A stretch of 64,000 nucleotides of DNA from Octopus sinensis (Eukaryota), in contig NC_042998.1 in NCBI RefSeq assembly GCF_006345805.1, positions 137,206,001 to 137,270,000 of the forward strand, written 5' to 3'. Shown here in pieces: positions 1 through 13,239 of the stretch; position 1 is the first letter of the stretch; every line of letters begins with the position of its first letter. Below the pieces are notes generated by a model that saw nothing but the letters and a program-made list of their open reading frames with translations, did no database searches and had not been told where the DNA came from. The translations under genes and the position numbers were made by a program.

Positions 1-150
1 AATTATTTTTAGCGTTTTGACAGAAAAAAAGCCATTCTAAAATTGTTTTTTTGGCGTAAACGTGCCCAAACAAGTCGAATGCTTACACAGAGCAGGCTTT
101 ACAGCCACATCATCCAAACCAACCGGGTGAAACCGGGCTTGGCTGCTAGT
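1..150 (-). mobile_element. 5' end of a Helentron-associated non-autonomous element (HINE/DINE-1-like), running off the window
   Basis: Reverse complement reads TACTAGCAGCCAAGCCCGGTTTCACCCGG, the ACTAGC plus short GC palindrome start typical of HINEs; abuts a (TA)n tract. Confidence 0.55.
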
Positions 151-239
151 ATATATATATATATATATATGAAATATACATACATTTACATACATATATG
201 AAATATATATTTATATAAAATATATATAATATATATGGA

Positions 240-279
<40 letters not shown>

Positions 280-391
280 CATATATAAGATATATACATA
301 TATAAGATTTATATATCTATGATATATATATATATATATATATATATGATATATGTATATATATATGAGACATATATATAGCATATATATT

Positions 392-422
<31 letters not shown>

Positions 423-507
423 ATGTATAAAATATATATATGCATAAGATATATATATATAACATATATATATATGTATATATGTATAAGATATATATAT
501 ATATATG

Positions 508-568
<61 letters not shown>

Positions 569-640
569 TATTTATAAGATATATATGTGTGGTGGGGGGT
601 GAAATATAAATATCTAAGATATATATATATATGTATGTAA
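150..640. repeat. Degenerate (TA)n / (TG)n microsatellite
   Basis: Directly visible dinucleotide repeat. Confidence 0.95.
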
Positions 641-799
641 AAAATCAATTTCTTGTTGGTACCTTATGCTCTACTTGGAGTTAAACGATTCAGAAGATAC
701 GCCAGTGTTAGAAATCACTGTGAGATATATTCAGGAATATTTTTGAGTCAGAGGTTAGATATACCAATTTCAGTATGAAAATGGAGAATAATGTAGAGG

Positions 800-1015
800 A
801 ATGGCAGTATGATACGAAGCTTACTTCCCAACCACAGGGCTCTGAGTTCAGTCCCACTGCATGGCTCCTTGAGCAAATGTCTTCACTATAGCCTCGGAGC
901 GATGAAAGCATTTTTAATGGATATGGTAGACGGAAACTGAAAGAAGCTCGTAGTATATACCTGTGTTTATGTCTTTACGTTTGTGTTTGTCCCCTTCACT
1001 ACCGCTTGACAGAGA
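800..1015 (+). mobile_element. tRNA-derived SINE, octopus OR/CORE-like family
   Basis: GCTTACTTCCCAACCAC..GAGTTCAGTCCCACTG..CCTTGAGCAAATGTCTT..GTAGACGGAAACTGAAAGAAG; related copies at about 20415, 39670, 44900 and 56740. Confidence 0.75.
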
Positions 1016-1289
1016 AGTTATAGGAGGAGTTACACAAACGAGAAATTTGTGTTATTTAATTTTAAAGTAATATATTTTTCTTTTCTTTTATATGTATACA
1101 TTACCTTAAAACATGTATACTTTAAGGTAATGTATACCTTAAAGTATACATGTCTTAAGGTAATGTATATTCTTCCATAATTTTATCTTAAAGTAATGTA
1201 TATTAGCATTTATTTTCTCATTTTGTATAACGACCAAGAAATTTTATAAAACTTAGATTATGATCATTATACATTTTCCATATTATTTC

Positions 1290-2330
1290 CTTATTTTACT
1301 CATGATGGTAAAAACTATTCTGTACCAATGATTCTTCCCCGTAGAAATTACGAAGCAATCAGATACCATCGTCTGGTGTGAGGAAAAGAAAATAGCAAAT
1401 TTGGTCGACGGTTCCCCCATAAAAATAACGTGCACACCACTCGAACTCGAAAGAGTGACCGGCATGGATATCTCCTCGAAGAATGAAAAGACACTGACTG
1501 GAAAACTGAACATTATTCAATTGAAGTTGGATGTATAGGATTACTTGGAAGCAACATGAGGCTGTAGTAGTTGTCTTCTTCTTCTTCCAGTCAGAATTCA
1601 CGCCTTTAGCCACAAAAAATAATCTCTAATTCGAGCCTACTCTAAGCTACTAAGAATGTGTGTGGCAACTTGAAGATCCACCCACAACACGCGATTGACT
1701 GGCGGTTGCACGGGCGCGAAAGCTACGTTGTATTCCTCATTCCGTAAACATTGGCTGAGCTGAACCAGTACAGAGGATTCGTAATCTAAACTAGGGTCTG
1801 AAAGTTTACCACACCAAAGTGGGTTACACCATGGTTTCTCTGCTTTGTGACAGAAGTAGGAAGAAAGAGTGAGAGAAAGTTGTGGGGAAAGAGTACAACG
1901 GGGTTCACCCACCTGCCCGCCGGAGCCTCGTGGAGCTGAGGTGTTTTTGCTCAATAAACACTCACAATGCCCGGTCTGGGAATTGAAACCGCGTTCTTAC
2001 GACCACGAGTCTGCTGCCCTAACCACTGGGCCATTGCGCCTCCACGCTGTAGTTGTTGTCGCTCGGCCTAATTCAACATAAAACAAGTATCATCACGAGT
2101 GATATCTAAACTAACGTGGAGAAGGAAAGCCACTGGATGTGGTTAAGAAGAGATGATGTGAAAGGACCAGAAGAATATTGAATGAAACCTGGCAGCCAGT
2201 TGATCTGGCAAGTGGTGCCTCACCTCGATGAATTAGGGCTGGCGCGTAATAATGCCGTCGAGAAGAAGCCTCCGAAACGGAACAGATTCTTTCCTCGTGG
2301 TTCAATAAACTTGCTAGTTTCTTGTATGCG
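1290..2330 (+). mobile_element. HERO-like RLE non-LTR retrotransposon, degenerate 3' end interrupted by a SINE
   Basis: Frameshifted translation KQSDTIVWCEEKKIANLVD..VPHKNN..RKSDRHGYLLEE*KDTDWKTEHYSIEVGCIGLLG, resuming after the SINE as LLSLGLIQHK..NVEKESHWMWLRRDD. This matches the HERO pattern PD..ELTVP..RK..Y..IEVGCRG..S.WLW. Confidence 0.75.
1576..2045 (-). mobile_element. tRNA-headed SINE with (GAA)n tail and 15-bp target-site duplication
   Basis: Minus strand starts GTGGAGGCGCAATGGCCCAGTGGTTAGGGCAGC (A box) and has GGTTTCAATTCCC (B box). Flanked by GCTGTAGTAGTTGTC (1561-1575) and GCTGTAGTTGTTGTC (2046-2060). Confidence 0.8.
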
Positions 2331-2460
2331 GAGCTTTGAACATGTAGCACTTGTACCAGCGAGTTTGCAAATATATAATCGAATACACAATGACACTTAA
2401 TAGATCGAAAGAGAGCACGTCATTAATATATAAAAGTTAAGTATTTCACGTTGCCACACA

Positions 2461-2511
<51 letters not shown>

Positions 2512-3224
2512 ACACACATACACACAAAACAACTGCATTATTATTACAGATCTCTTTTTCTCTATATTACATTCATTTATTCATTTACACACAAACACAC
2601 ACACATACATACACATACTGACAGTCATACATAGAGACTCACATCCACATACGAAGTCTCAGACTTTTAGCTCAACTTTTCATATATTCTCTCACTCTCT
2701 TGCATAAGTCCACGTAAATCCGCTTGCGAACACATACACACGCTCACATACATTCTCTCTGCAACACCACCACTGATTTCCCTCCCTCTAACACGCACCA
2801 GTGTACACATTTTTGTTGATTACCAGTTTCAGGTAAAAAGATAGGATACAACAGCTGAATGGAAATAAATGAGAGGGGGGTAGAGGGAAAGAGGAAGAGA
2901 CAGACAGACAGACAGACAGACAGAGACAGATTGAACAACAAAGAGAGAAAGATCGAGAGAGAGAGAATGCAAATATCTCAATATCTTCATTGTCTTTATT
3001 TTACAAATAGGTAAGGTAACAGATGTGTATGGTATTATGTGGGAGGGAGCGCTGGAGGAATTTTTGTAGCAAAATCGATATGACGGTTTTCTATCAGAGT
3101 AATCACATATATATGGCTGTGATCGTCGTATTTAGCTACGAGATTCTGGGCTATTGATTATTGCTGAAGTTAAGTTCACAAATTGAAAGGTCTGAAAAAA
3201 TACGACAGACTTGATAGCGATGTA

Positions 3225-3319
3225 TATTGTAAGTGTATGAGTGTGTGAGAATGTGTGTATGTGTGTAGGTGTGCGTGTAGGTGTGCGGCTGTATGGCCAA
3301 CTGGTTTGTATGTGTATGT

Positions 3320-3367
<48 letters not shown>

Positions 3368-3582
3368 CGTAAGTAGATGCATATATATCTATAAACATAG
3401 ATACATATGAACGTATGTATTATACGTGTATATATATATATATATACACATGTATACTTACATACATATGCATCATTACACATACATACATACATACATA
3501 CATACATACATACATACATACATACATACATACATACATACATACATACATACATACATACATACATACATACATACATACA
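3225..3582. repeat. (TG)n, (TA)n and long (TACA)n microsatellites
   Basis: Directly visible. Confidence 0.95.
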
Positions 3583-4200
3583 TGGTACTACCTCCCTATG
3601 CGGCACGATGTTGTTGCTAAAACAATTTACAATTCCATCCACAAAAAAAGACTGTCTTGAAATAAACTTAGAAAATCTCTCTATTGTGGAATGCATCCAT
3701 AAACACCAACTCAAGGAATACTAGTGGAATATTCCCATCAAAATTTCTGTCAAAGCATAACAGGCCGGATATTGTTGTTTGGGACGGAGGGGCAAAGACA
3801 TGTACCGTCATAAAGATCAGCTGCCCTGCAGATATAAATATCTCTTTGAAAATCAAAGAACAAGAGGATATCTATGGACAACTGCTTCGAAACCTCCAAC
3901 TTCTAAATCCAGACTATGAATTCATATTCATGCTAATAATGATTGGAGTACTTGGTTTAGTTAATAAATGCTTAAAGGAGACTCTGAATAAACTGGGATT
4001 TTCAGAAAGAGAAATCGACCGGCTAATTCGTGCAAATACAACCTGTGAGTAGAACAATAAAAGTATGCAAGACTTTTCTCAAGTTCCAAATGTGAATTTG
4101 CCCTGTGTTAACTACATCCCAAAGATGGAGCTTTGTATCTTTGTCGGAAACCGGCTCCTTCCTCAGTGGATGATTTATAGTAAATGAAAAAATAGAAGAG
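3583..4200 (+). mobile_element. 5'-truncated RLE non-LTR retrotransposon (R4/Dong/NeSL-like) 3' end
   Basis: YYLPMRHDVVAKTIY (RHD motif), then KHNRPDIVVWD..KTCTVIKISCPADINI..KIKEQEDIYGQL (PD-D/ExK nuclease); frameshifts and stops; short 3' UTR. Confidence 0.8.
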
Positions 4201-4689
4201 ACATACATACATATACATTACATATACACATACATATGTATATATACATATATACAATTTTGAAAACATTGCTGAGGAAAAAAAACATCACTTTGAACAA
4301 GCAACAATAAGAGGTTCAGAATTCCGAATATCATTCTATGGAAACAGTTTTATTACTTTTGTTTCTGTAAATACACCACACTAGACGCCGATTAAAACCT
4401 TAAGGATTAATTCTACGCCAACTGAACGCGACGCACTCCAAACTATCAACAAGAGACAAGCACGTTCTACTTCGTAGCTTGGACTTGAGAATTAAGTAAT
4501 GCAACCGGTTATGGCAAAACGTGATGGACCAAACTCAGGATTGGAAATTATTATGCAAAGTGACTGCTGTTTAGAAATTAAGACTCTGTGGTAAAGATTT
4601 CTGGTACAGAATTCTTTATCGCTAATACCAAATTCTGGTTTCCAAATTGTAAACTATCAACAATATACAACCTAGTGTAGAGATCAGGT

Positions 4690-5030
4690 GTCACAGCAAC
4701 GGAGAACTTTTCAACTCCTCCAGACTCCTCTCACAATGACTGTGCATGTTACCCGGATCATCGAGCTGCAGTTTACAGATGACAATATTTCGTCAGAACA
4801 TACATATAAGAAGATACAGCAATCAGTCAATAACTCATATGATCGCTTTGGTTTCAGATTTACATCCAGAAAACCAAAATGCTCGCACAACCTGTCTCAA
4901 TAACAACCCTTCCAAATTTCAAGATCATTGATTGAATAATTTCCTTTACTTTGGAAGCTCCTTCTCAGCGTAATACAACTCTGAGAAGGATTTGTGGGAA
5001 ATAGGATCTGTGGTAGTCATGTTGCTTTTG
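4690..5030 (+). mobile_element. RTE-clade LINE reverse-transcriptase fragment
   Basis: TMTVHVTRIIELQFTDDNISSEHT..IQQSVN..DRFGF resembles the RTE ELLFADD..RFGL region; followed by FLYFGSSFS (F.YLGS motif). Confidence 0.7.
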
Positions 5031-5039
5031 GAAACAAGT

Positions 5040-6300
5040 CTATTACATCTCCAGAAACAAAAAATTTGATTGACATACTTTTCTGGCAAGCTGAACCGCT
5101 GTAATAGCTTACAAACTGTAACCTTGACTACACAATCAAAGGTCCTTTCATAGTATACAAAAGTAAAGGCTGCTTGAACTCAACATCTTATGATATAATA
5201 TGCTTGAGAAAAAATCATTAGAAAGTCGCGATCGCTGGCAACGTACTAATTTATGCCTTAGTAACTTTCCAATACAATCTGTATCCTATTCAGTACAATC
5301 AAACTGAACACTTTCAACACTAGTTTACTCGGGGTTATACTTCACCATCTTCCACACGATCTGAGATCCTCACTGCTCCTCACCACCCCGCACATTTTTA
5401 TATCCTCCTCCCTACTCTAGCCTTTCAGTCTCCATGTCTGTGATCAATATTCCATATATTACGAAACAGCTTCAATAATGCTTACGTTCTTATTTGTTTT
5501 AGCATTTCTCTTACAATCCCATCTAATCCAAGAGCTTTTACTTCTTTAATTGCTCAACAGCTCTATTTCTTCAAAAGCTATTTCATGTACAATCACTTCT
5601 AGTTCCTGTTGTGGTTCAGGAATTAGAAGCACATTTCTCCCATGAACACCGTCTTCCATTTTCCTTCGATATAAATATCAAATCTTATTAGTTACTATAA
5701 AATACAGATAGGCTCTTTGGTCTCTTTGATTTGCCTGTTAGCTCATTATTTCATAAGCTATTCTTCCTTTCTTATTTCTCTGCTGCCTACTACATTGAAT
5801 AATATATTTGTTTCCTCATCTTGCACTTGCAAGAACCTTCTTTTATCTTTTCTGTAACATCTTTTCATCTCTCTGTTGAGCTATTTAGCTATTTCCACTT
5901 TAAGGACCGTCTAATTCTCTCTCCAACTTACATCAATCTATTTCTGCTACTTTCATGCCTCAGTAATTTCCCATCCTTTCATCTGAAATTCAGTTTCTTT
6001 CTTTTGCTTCTTTTTCTACCCAGAACACCTCTGGCTTCATTCTGCAAAACTACATTTAAATTCTTCCTTGCATTATTGACATCTATATCTCCATTTGCTG
6101 CTTCAAGCACTACGGATAGATTTCGACATTCAATTACAAACTTATCTTTAATTTTTTTATCCTTCAACTTTTCTGTATGTAATCTGGTAATCCTCTCTTT
6201 TTCTTTAGCCTCCATCTTCAACTGAATTATCCCTATTACAAATCAATGATTATTTTCAATCTCTGTACTTCTATGCGTTCTAACATCTACCACAGATTTT
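5040..6300 (-). mobile_element. Degenerate APE-type LINE (RTE/L2/CR1 group), endonuclease-to-RT linker and early RT
   Basis: Minus strand RLHTEKLKDKKIKDKFVIECRN..EARGVLGRKR, GLDGIVREML, and remnants of the RT motifs; many stops. Confidence 0.6.
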
Positions 6301-6444
6301 CTTTACATTGATAATTTATCACAATATTATTTATATGATTTATGATGTCTAAAGATATTTAATAATTCCTTCCTTTTAATGAGAGTATCTCCTATGATGA
6401 CATTGTTGCTTGCACAGAAGCTGATCAATCTGACACTATTTTTC

Positions 6445-6501
6445 ATTCCCTCTCTCTCTATCTATCTCTCCCCCCTCTCTCTCTCTCTATCTATCTCTCC
6501 C

Positions 6502-6548
<47 letters not shown>

Positions 6549-6550
6549 AG
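6445..6550. repeat. (CT)n microsatellite
   Basis: Directly visible. Confidence 0.9.
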
Positions 6551-7029
6551 TTCCTTCATGTGTCATACCTCTTTTACAGGTGGTCAGCAATCATGGATCT
6601 CTATTCTAAAGGCTAGAGATTCATGATTTTTCTCGAGAAAGATACAGCAATAGTTTCCAGTTGCCTTCAACCGTTTTATTTAGTTCACCCTATTAATCTA
6701 CAGCTCTTCCGAGTTTACCCTTGAGGTACAGGGCTATGTAGCTCTTAAGTGATGAACTAGTTCATCTTACATCAGAGCATGTCCCTACATGGGTAGGTCT
6801 GTATGACACATGTCTTGGGATCAGCCCTCCTCTAAATCCTATATAAACCTTAGTGACAGGACCATCTTCTACTACTTGATCCATTTGTACAGTCTTTAAC
6901 AGGTACTACTAACTTGAGCCAGAGTGTATCTAGGAGTAGTTGAAACTAAGGAGTGAGTCCATACTCCCAAAATCGTTTAAACTGTTGAGCTGGAGTCTCA
7001 TCATTAGATGAAGTTCAATGTCTTACCCA

Positions 7030-7340
7030 GGACAATATTTTTCTTTACCATGTATGCCCACCTTCAAAGGTTCCATACCTTTGTTGTTAGTGCTAGATTT
7101 CACATTCAAATAACCAATCCCAATATTTATATTTCTTCTGCTATACTTTCTTTTGTAACTATTGATAGAAAGATGTTTCTCTTCATTAATGATTTGTTTT
7201 TAGATGCGTAACAAATAGAAATACTAATGTTGCATTGTATTCTGCCATTGGTTAAAAGTTTCCATTCAGATAAAAAGCCTTTTATTTAAAATCAAGCTAA
7301 AATAAACAGATAAATCGTCAGCGTATAGCAAAACAAAAAA
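7030..7340 (-). mobile_element. LINE reverse-transcriptase fragment
   Basis: LLYADDL motif in the minus ORF 7266-7454, followed downstream by a weak KYLG..I..RIG-like remnant. Confidence 0.45.
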
Positions 7341-7838
7341 ATTCAAAATGTCTGGAGTGGTTTGTTGTGGTAACTGCATCGAGAAAAACTGAGCTACAGT
7401 AACGGAGTCAAAATATGCCAAACATTGTCTAATTACATCATTGCTGCTCAGCACCGCATGATGTAGCGATACAGTAGGAAAATGCCAAAATCTCAGTAAT
7501 AAGAAAATGAGATGACAAAGGAATAAACGATTATGTTATAAACTCCATTAGCTCATAGCTGTTTCTGCTATAAGGTGTTTATCAGACACTTGACAATGAG
7601 TCCACTACATCTTATAGCAGAAAAAGCTGTAAGCTAATGAAGCTCAAAAGATAATTGTCATCTCATTTCCTTATACATATAAATACTGTTAGGTCCCACT
7701 CAAAACAAATTCTATAATAAATTTAACTCTGCTTTCAGTACTGACTCTTATTAATAATTGTTCAGATTTAAAATATTAACCTTAACACATGCATTCACAT
7801 TCATACACAAATATCTTGTATATGTATCATAGTATATA

Positions 7839-7897
<59 letters not shown>

Positions 7898-8389
7898 CGA
7901 TAAATATCTATCTATCCCACGATGAATTAAATCAATTGTTTGGTTGATCTTTGGTGGTAACAGAAATATCATACACACGTCTGCTCAAACACACACACAC
8001 GCACACAAATGAATCGTTTTTGTTAAATTAGGCACTAAAGTGTCTTTGTGGGCTGGAAGGCTAAAATCGATTACTTTTACTTCAATATATTACCACTAGC
8101 AATTGTCCCAGCCCTGAATGAATGAAAGACATTACAACGCCCCTGTTGAAATTGAACCTAGGAACATGAATCAACGCGCGAGATTCCTTAATGCTTCTAG
8201 TTCGTAACATACGAATAAAACCCTTCCGTTTTAATAGTTGTTGGTAGAAATATATATGTGCAAGATGAAACATAGTGAGAGATTTGATGATACGTAAAGA
8301 ATTCAAAACTGGTGACACGATCAATGTTTTTAAGTAAACAGAGGTGTGAAACACATGTCTAGATTATAATAACGTGTCACAGACACTCG

Positions 8390-8442
<53 letters not shown>

Positions 8443-8785
8443 CGCGCGTGTGTGTGTATATGTGTGTCTTCTCGATTGGACTTACGTTGTTTTAATCGAC
8501 CGTCTTCCTGATGTCAAGATTGAGAAAACAAAGAAATCAATTAAAATAGAACTTTAAAGAGAAAGAGAACTTTAAAGAGACAGACAGACGGACAGACAGA
8601 CAGAGACAAACAGACAAAGAAAGCAGAGACAAACAGACAAAGAGAAAGAAATCACATTTTTTCCATGGACGCCTATACTTTAAATTTTATGAAAATCTTG
8701 AAAACATTGTATTGTTTTGAATGTATGTGTGTATCTCATATATATGTATGTGTGTATCTCATATATATATATATATATATATATA

Positions 8786-9390
8786 AACAATTCATAAATA
8801 AGGGCAAACGAAAAATTTCTAATGCCAAATATGCCGAAAAATTGGACATATTGTCCATTAACCATATAATTTTTTCACAATTCGTCAGTGATACATGTGG
8901 CAAAAGAAATAAATGAGATACTTACTCATACCCATGGAAGAAGCAAACACTAAGTCATGAGCACAATTAAGTACCCCAGATACATCCAAAATAGAAATAC
9001 TCCAGCCCATTCGAGACACGTGCGATTTGAACTGAGGCCCTCACAGAGTGAGAGAGTCCGGAAGTGAACGCTTAAATTTATATCTAATGTGGGATAAAAT
9101 TTTTTTTCGAAAAGAAATTCTTTTCGAAAAAATTTTATCAATGGCCAACATATTTTTTAGAATTTTCTGTCGACCTTTCTTCGAGTAGCGTGCGTATTGT
9201 GAAAAAATTATATGGTTAATGGACAATATGTCCAATTTTTCGGCATATTTGGCATTAGAAATTTTTTCGTTTGCCCTTATTTATGAATTGTTCGTAAATT
9301 TAACCTTTAAAGGTATTTTTTAATATGGTGGCCATTGATAAAATTTTTTTCGAAAAGAATTTTTTTCGAAAAAAAATTTTATCCTACATT

Positions 9391-9396
<6 letters not shown>
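8786..9396. repeat. Two interleaved inverted-repeat pairs between (TA)n tracts; probable DNA-transposon-derived fold-back
   Basis: 8786-8881 is the reverse complement of 9196-9292; 9080-9154 is the reverse complement of 9322-9396. Confidence 0.8.
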
Positions 9397-10198
<802 letters not shown>

Positions 10199-10706
10199 GA
10201 ACTCCTGCGTCGCAGACAACGTATGAGTGTTCAGAGAGAAGACAGAAAAAAATTCCAACTAAATAGACAATCAACAACACACTCACATTATTATTACTAC
10301 CATTCACCAATGTATACAATTCAGTTGGTTAGCCTCTAGCATAGACAAGTTTGGTATAGATTACGCAAGAAGAGACGGTAATCAGTCAATTAACTTTATT
10401 AATCAATATATCCAATACATTTCGTCCCATATCGAAATTGGGCAGAAATTTCGATAAGATGACTGTTACTATACAACTCCAATGTATAGTAACGAAGGTT
10501 GCTTACTATGCGATTATTAAGTCTGCGAATGAAAGGAATGGAGTAGGTACTTATGCACTGCAAGTGTAAAGAATTTCTAACAGATGGAAAGTATCTAATG
10601 AGAAAGAACACTGAATAATTATCTAACATCTTAAAGTTAAGTAATATGCGTTCAGTGCTCCTTTTGAAACATGTGATACATAACCTATTCCATTCTTTTC
10701 ATTGTG

Positions 10707-10744
<38 letters not shown>

Positions 10745-10910
10745 GAAGTGTAGCCTAGTGGTGAGTGGATTGTACTCGTGGGTTCGATTCCCAGACCGAG
10801 TGACGCGTTGTGTTCTTGAACAAAGTATTTCCTTTCGCGTTGCTTCAGTCTGCTCAGTTGTAAATGGGTAACCTTTATAACTAGCGATGTATAACTACCT
10901 CTGACAGTCA
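10745..10910 (+). mobile_element. tRNA-derived SINE with CORE-like body
   Basis: GTGTAGCCTAGTGG (A box), GGGTTCGATTCCC (B box), then TTGAACAAAGTATTTC..CTCAGTTGTAAATGGG. Confidence 0.65.
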
Positions 10911-10939
10911 TGTCCATACCGTAATGTATGTATGTATGT

Positions 10940-11650
10940 AGTTTTTCGATACATCATCTTGTGATGCATCTGAACACATCATCAGTGCTGTTTCCTGGGG
11001 TTATTATGTTTTGAGTCTTTCCACTTTAGACACCTCCATCAAAGCGATCCAGCCGAGCTTGATCAAACCTCAGCCTATGTCCAATTGGCACTACCAATTG
11101 GGCTCGCATTAACTACCTTAAAGCAGCTTCTGCTGCCTCCACAACCAGCCTCTTGATCTTCTGCCTATTGGTCCTGCCGATGCATGTTGTAAGCTCGGGA
11201 GTGGTAGGCATTGGATTGTGAACCCTCTGCATTCCCCCTCCATGGGATTACACCTTGACACCCATTGCTTTGGTACAGTTGTTACCACAGCATATTTCCT
11301 CCGCTTCCTCTCGCTAGCCTCCCTAATTCAATCTTCCCAAGGAACGGAATGTTCCAACAGAACTACCTGTTTGGATACTTCTGGTATCATCACCATATCC
11401 AGCCTTAGTAATGTTGAGGCCACGGTTTCTGAGAACATCAGCTGCTTTACCAGGTCGACTTTCTGCTCTATCTTTTGTCGTTGCATGTAGGCCCGAGGGG
11501 TCCAGATCCAGCAGCAGACATCTTTTCGCCAGCCTTGGTAAAAGAGATGAACTTCTTTGAGAGATGTTTACAATTACTAATCCCATCTCGAATGATGTTT
11601 GTTATGACACTCAAAACCTAATCACGCTTCCAACGACACAGTCATCAAAA
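10940..11650 (-). mobile_element. HERO-like RLE non-LTR retrotransposon 3' end
   Basis: Minus strand RWKRD*VLSVITNII (RWRHD motif), VDLVKQLMFSETVASTLLRLDMVMIPEVSKQVVLLEHSVPWED*IREASERKRRKYA; 3' UTR ends at (CATA)n. Confidence 0.85.
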
Positions 11651-13239
11651 ACACATTCATTAAAAACACTCTGGTTCAAAATCAGATTGACTGAAAACAT
11701 TATATACGAACCATTTCTTAACTTTAAGATTTAAAACATAACGATGAGGAATTAAGTTATTAATAAATCAATGCATTATTCTTTACAGATATTTTGAAAA
11801 CTATATACAATTTTCGATGAATATTCTGCATTTTCGATCAATTTGTTTTTCGACCGATTTAGTAATTTATCTTTCTACGAATATGTCTTTCATGCTTTCA
11901 ACAAATATTGCGTGTGATGTGTATGATGTGTGTGTAAGTGTGTGTGTGTATGTATGTGTGTGTGTGTTTGCGTGTATGCATGTGTCGGTGAGGGATGGAA
12001 GAGTAAATACAAACAAAATACCATGTGATATTTCCTTTCGTACAAGTTACGTAACTTCACGCCCAAGTTGTTCTTTTCTTTGCCCGTTGCGTTATTTAAT
12101 AAATAGCTACCAGACAAAGTGTACTTGATCGATATAATTAAATAAAACCCTTAGACGATGCTGCCTAAGCATAGCTAAAGTCCAATTATTGAAGCTAGTG
12201 AAATGATAAAATAATTATAAAGGTAGGTCGTTGCTTCCAACGATGACTAAGACAAAGTGGAAATGAACATGTTATTGATTCATTCTTGAAATTCCTTCAA
12301 TAAAGAAGAAATCGATCTTTAACACAGCAACAATGCACGTATGTTGGTATTTAGATAACTGTAACTGGGTAGCGTAATGTGCTGACCTTTAGAAAAAAAT
12401 CTTCGAGTATTTTCTCTGTTTAACTTACAGAATTTAAAGAACACATAATTGATTTTGGAGAAGACGTGTTATATGGATGTTTTCCTCGTCCAAAATTTAG
12501 AAGATTACTGCACAAATATTTGGAAACATAAATCATATATGAATTCATATTCATTTGTATTTAGTTTCGCTTTTAAAGTAGGTCTAGTGCAGACCTTTTC
12601 CGGCAACGGAGCGGTAGGTGAGATTTCGATAAATTAAGTAACAATAAATCTGATCTGTTCGATTCTTATCCCAAGCTGCTGGGATGATCTTCCAGGGTTT
12701 AATTTCACAGAAGCTATATACATATACATATGACTTCATATATACCTTATTCACTTGTGTATAAATCGCACAATTTTTTGCTTGATTTTAGCTGAAAAAA
12801 TGGGATGCGACACATACACGGGGCAAAGTTAAAATCATGAAGGCAAGACTTATGGGTTCAACATAAACGAGTGCGCCCTAATACTTACAACATTGTGCAT
12901 TAAACAGAAATTGTTTAGTAGTCGCCAAGGATATTTAGATGGACACAGGATTTCTTGTAGAGAGAGCGCTAAATCTAAAAGTGACTATAGTTGTACAAAA
13001 TGGATTCTAGATTTTGAGATGTAGGATACATCTCAAATAATGATTTTACCTTTATACAATCTATAATAGTTGCTAGCGAACGCAGAAGGATTAGGTTTAT
13101 CTTTATATTATTCAACATTTTTATTCAAACTAGTTTTTAACTTAATCTAATCTTTAATTGCAGATCGATGATGAGCTCGTCTCGAAAAATCTGCTTAAAT
13201 CATTCTAATACATTTTATTACATTTGTGGCGAATACACT

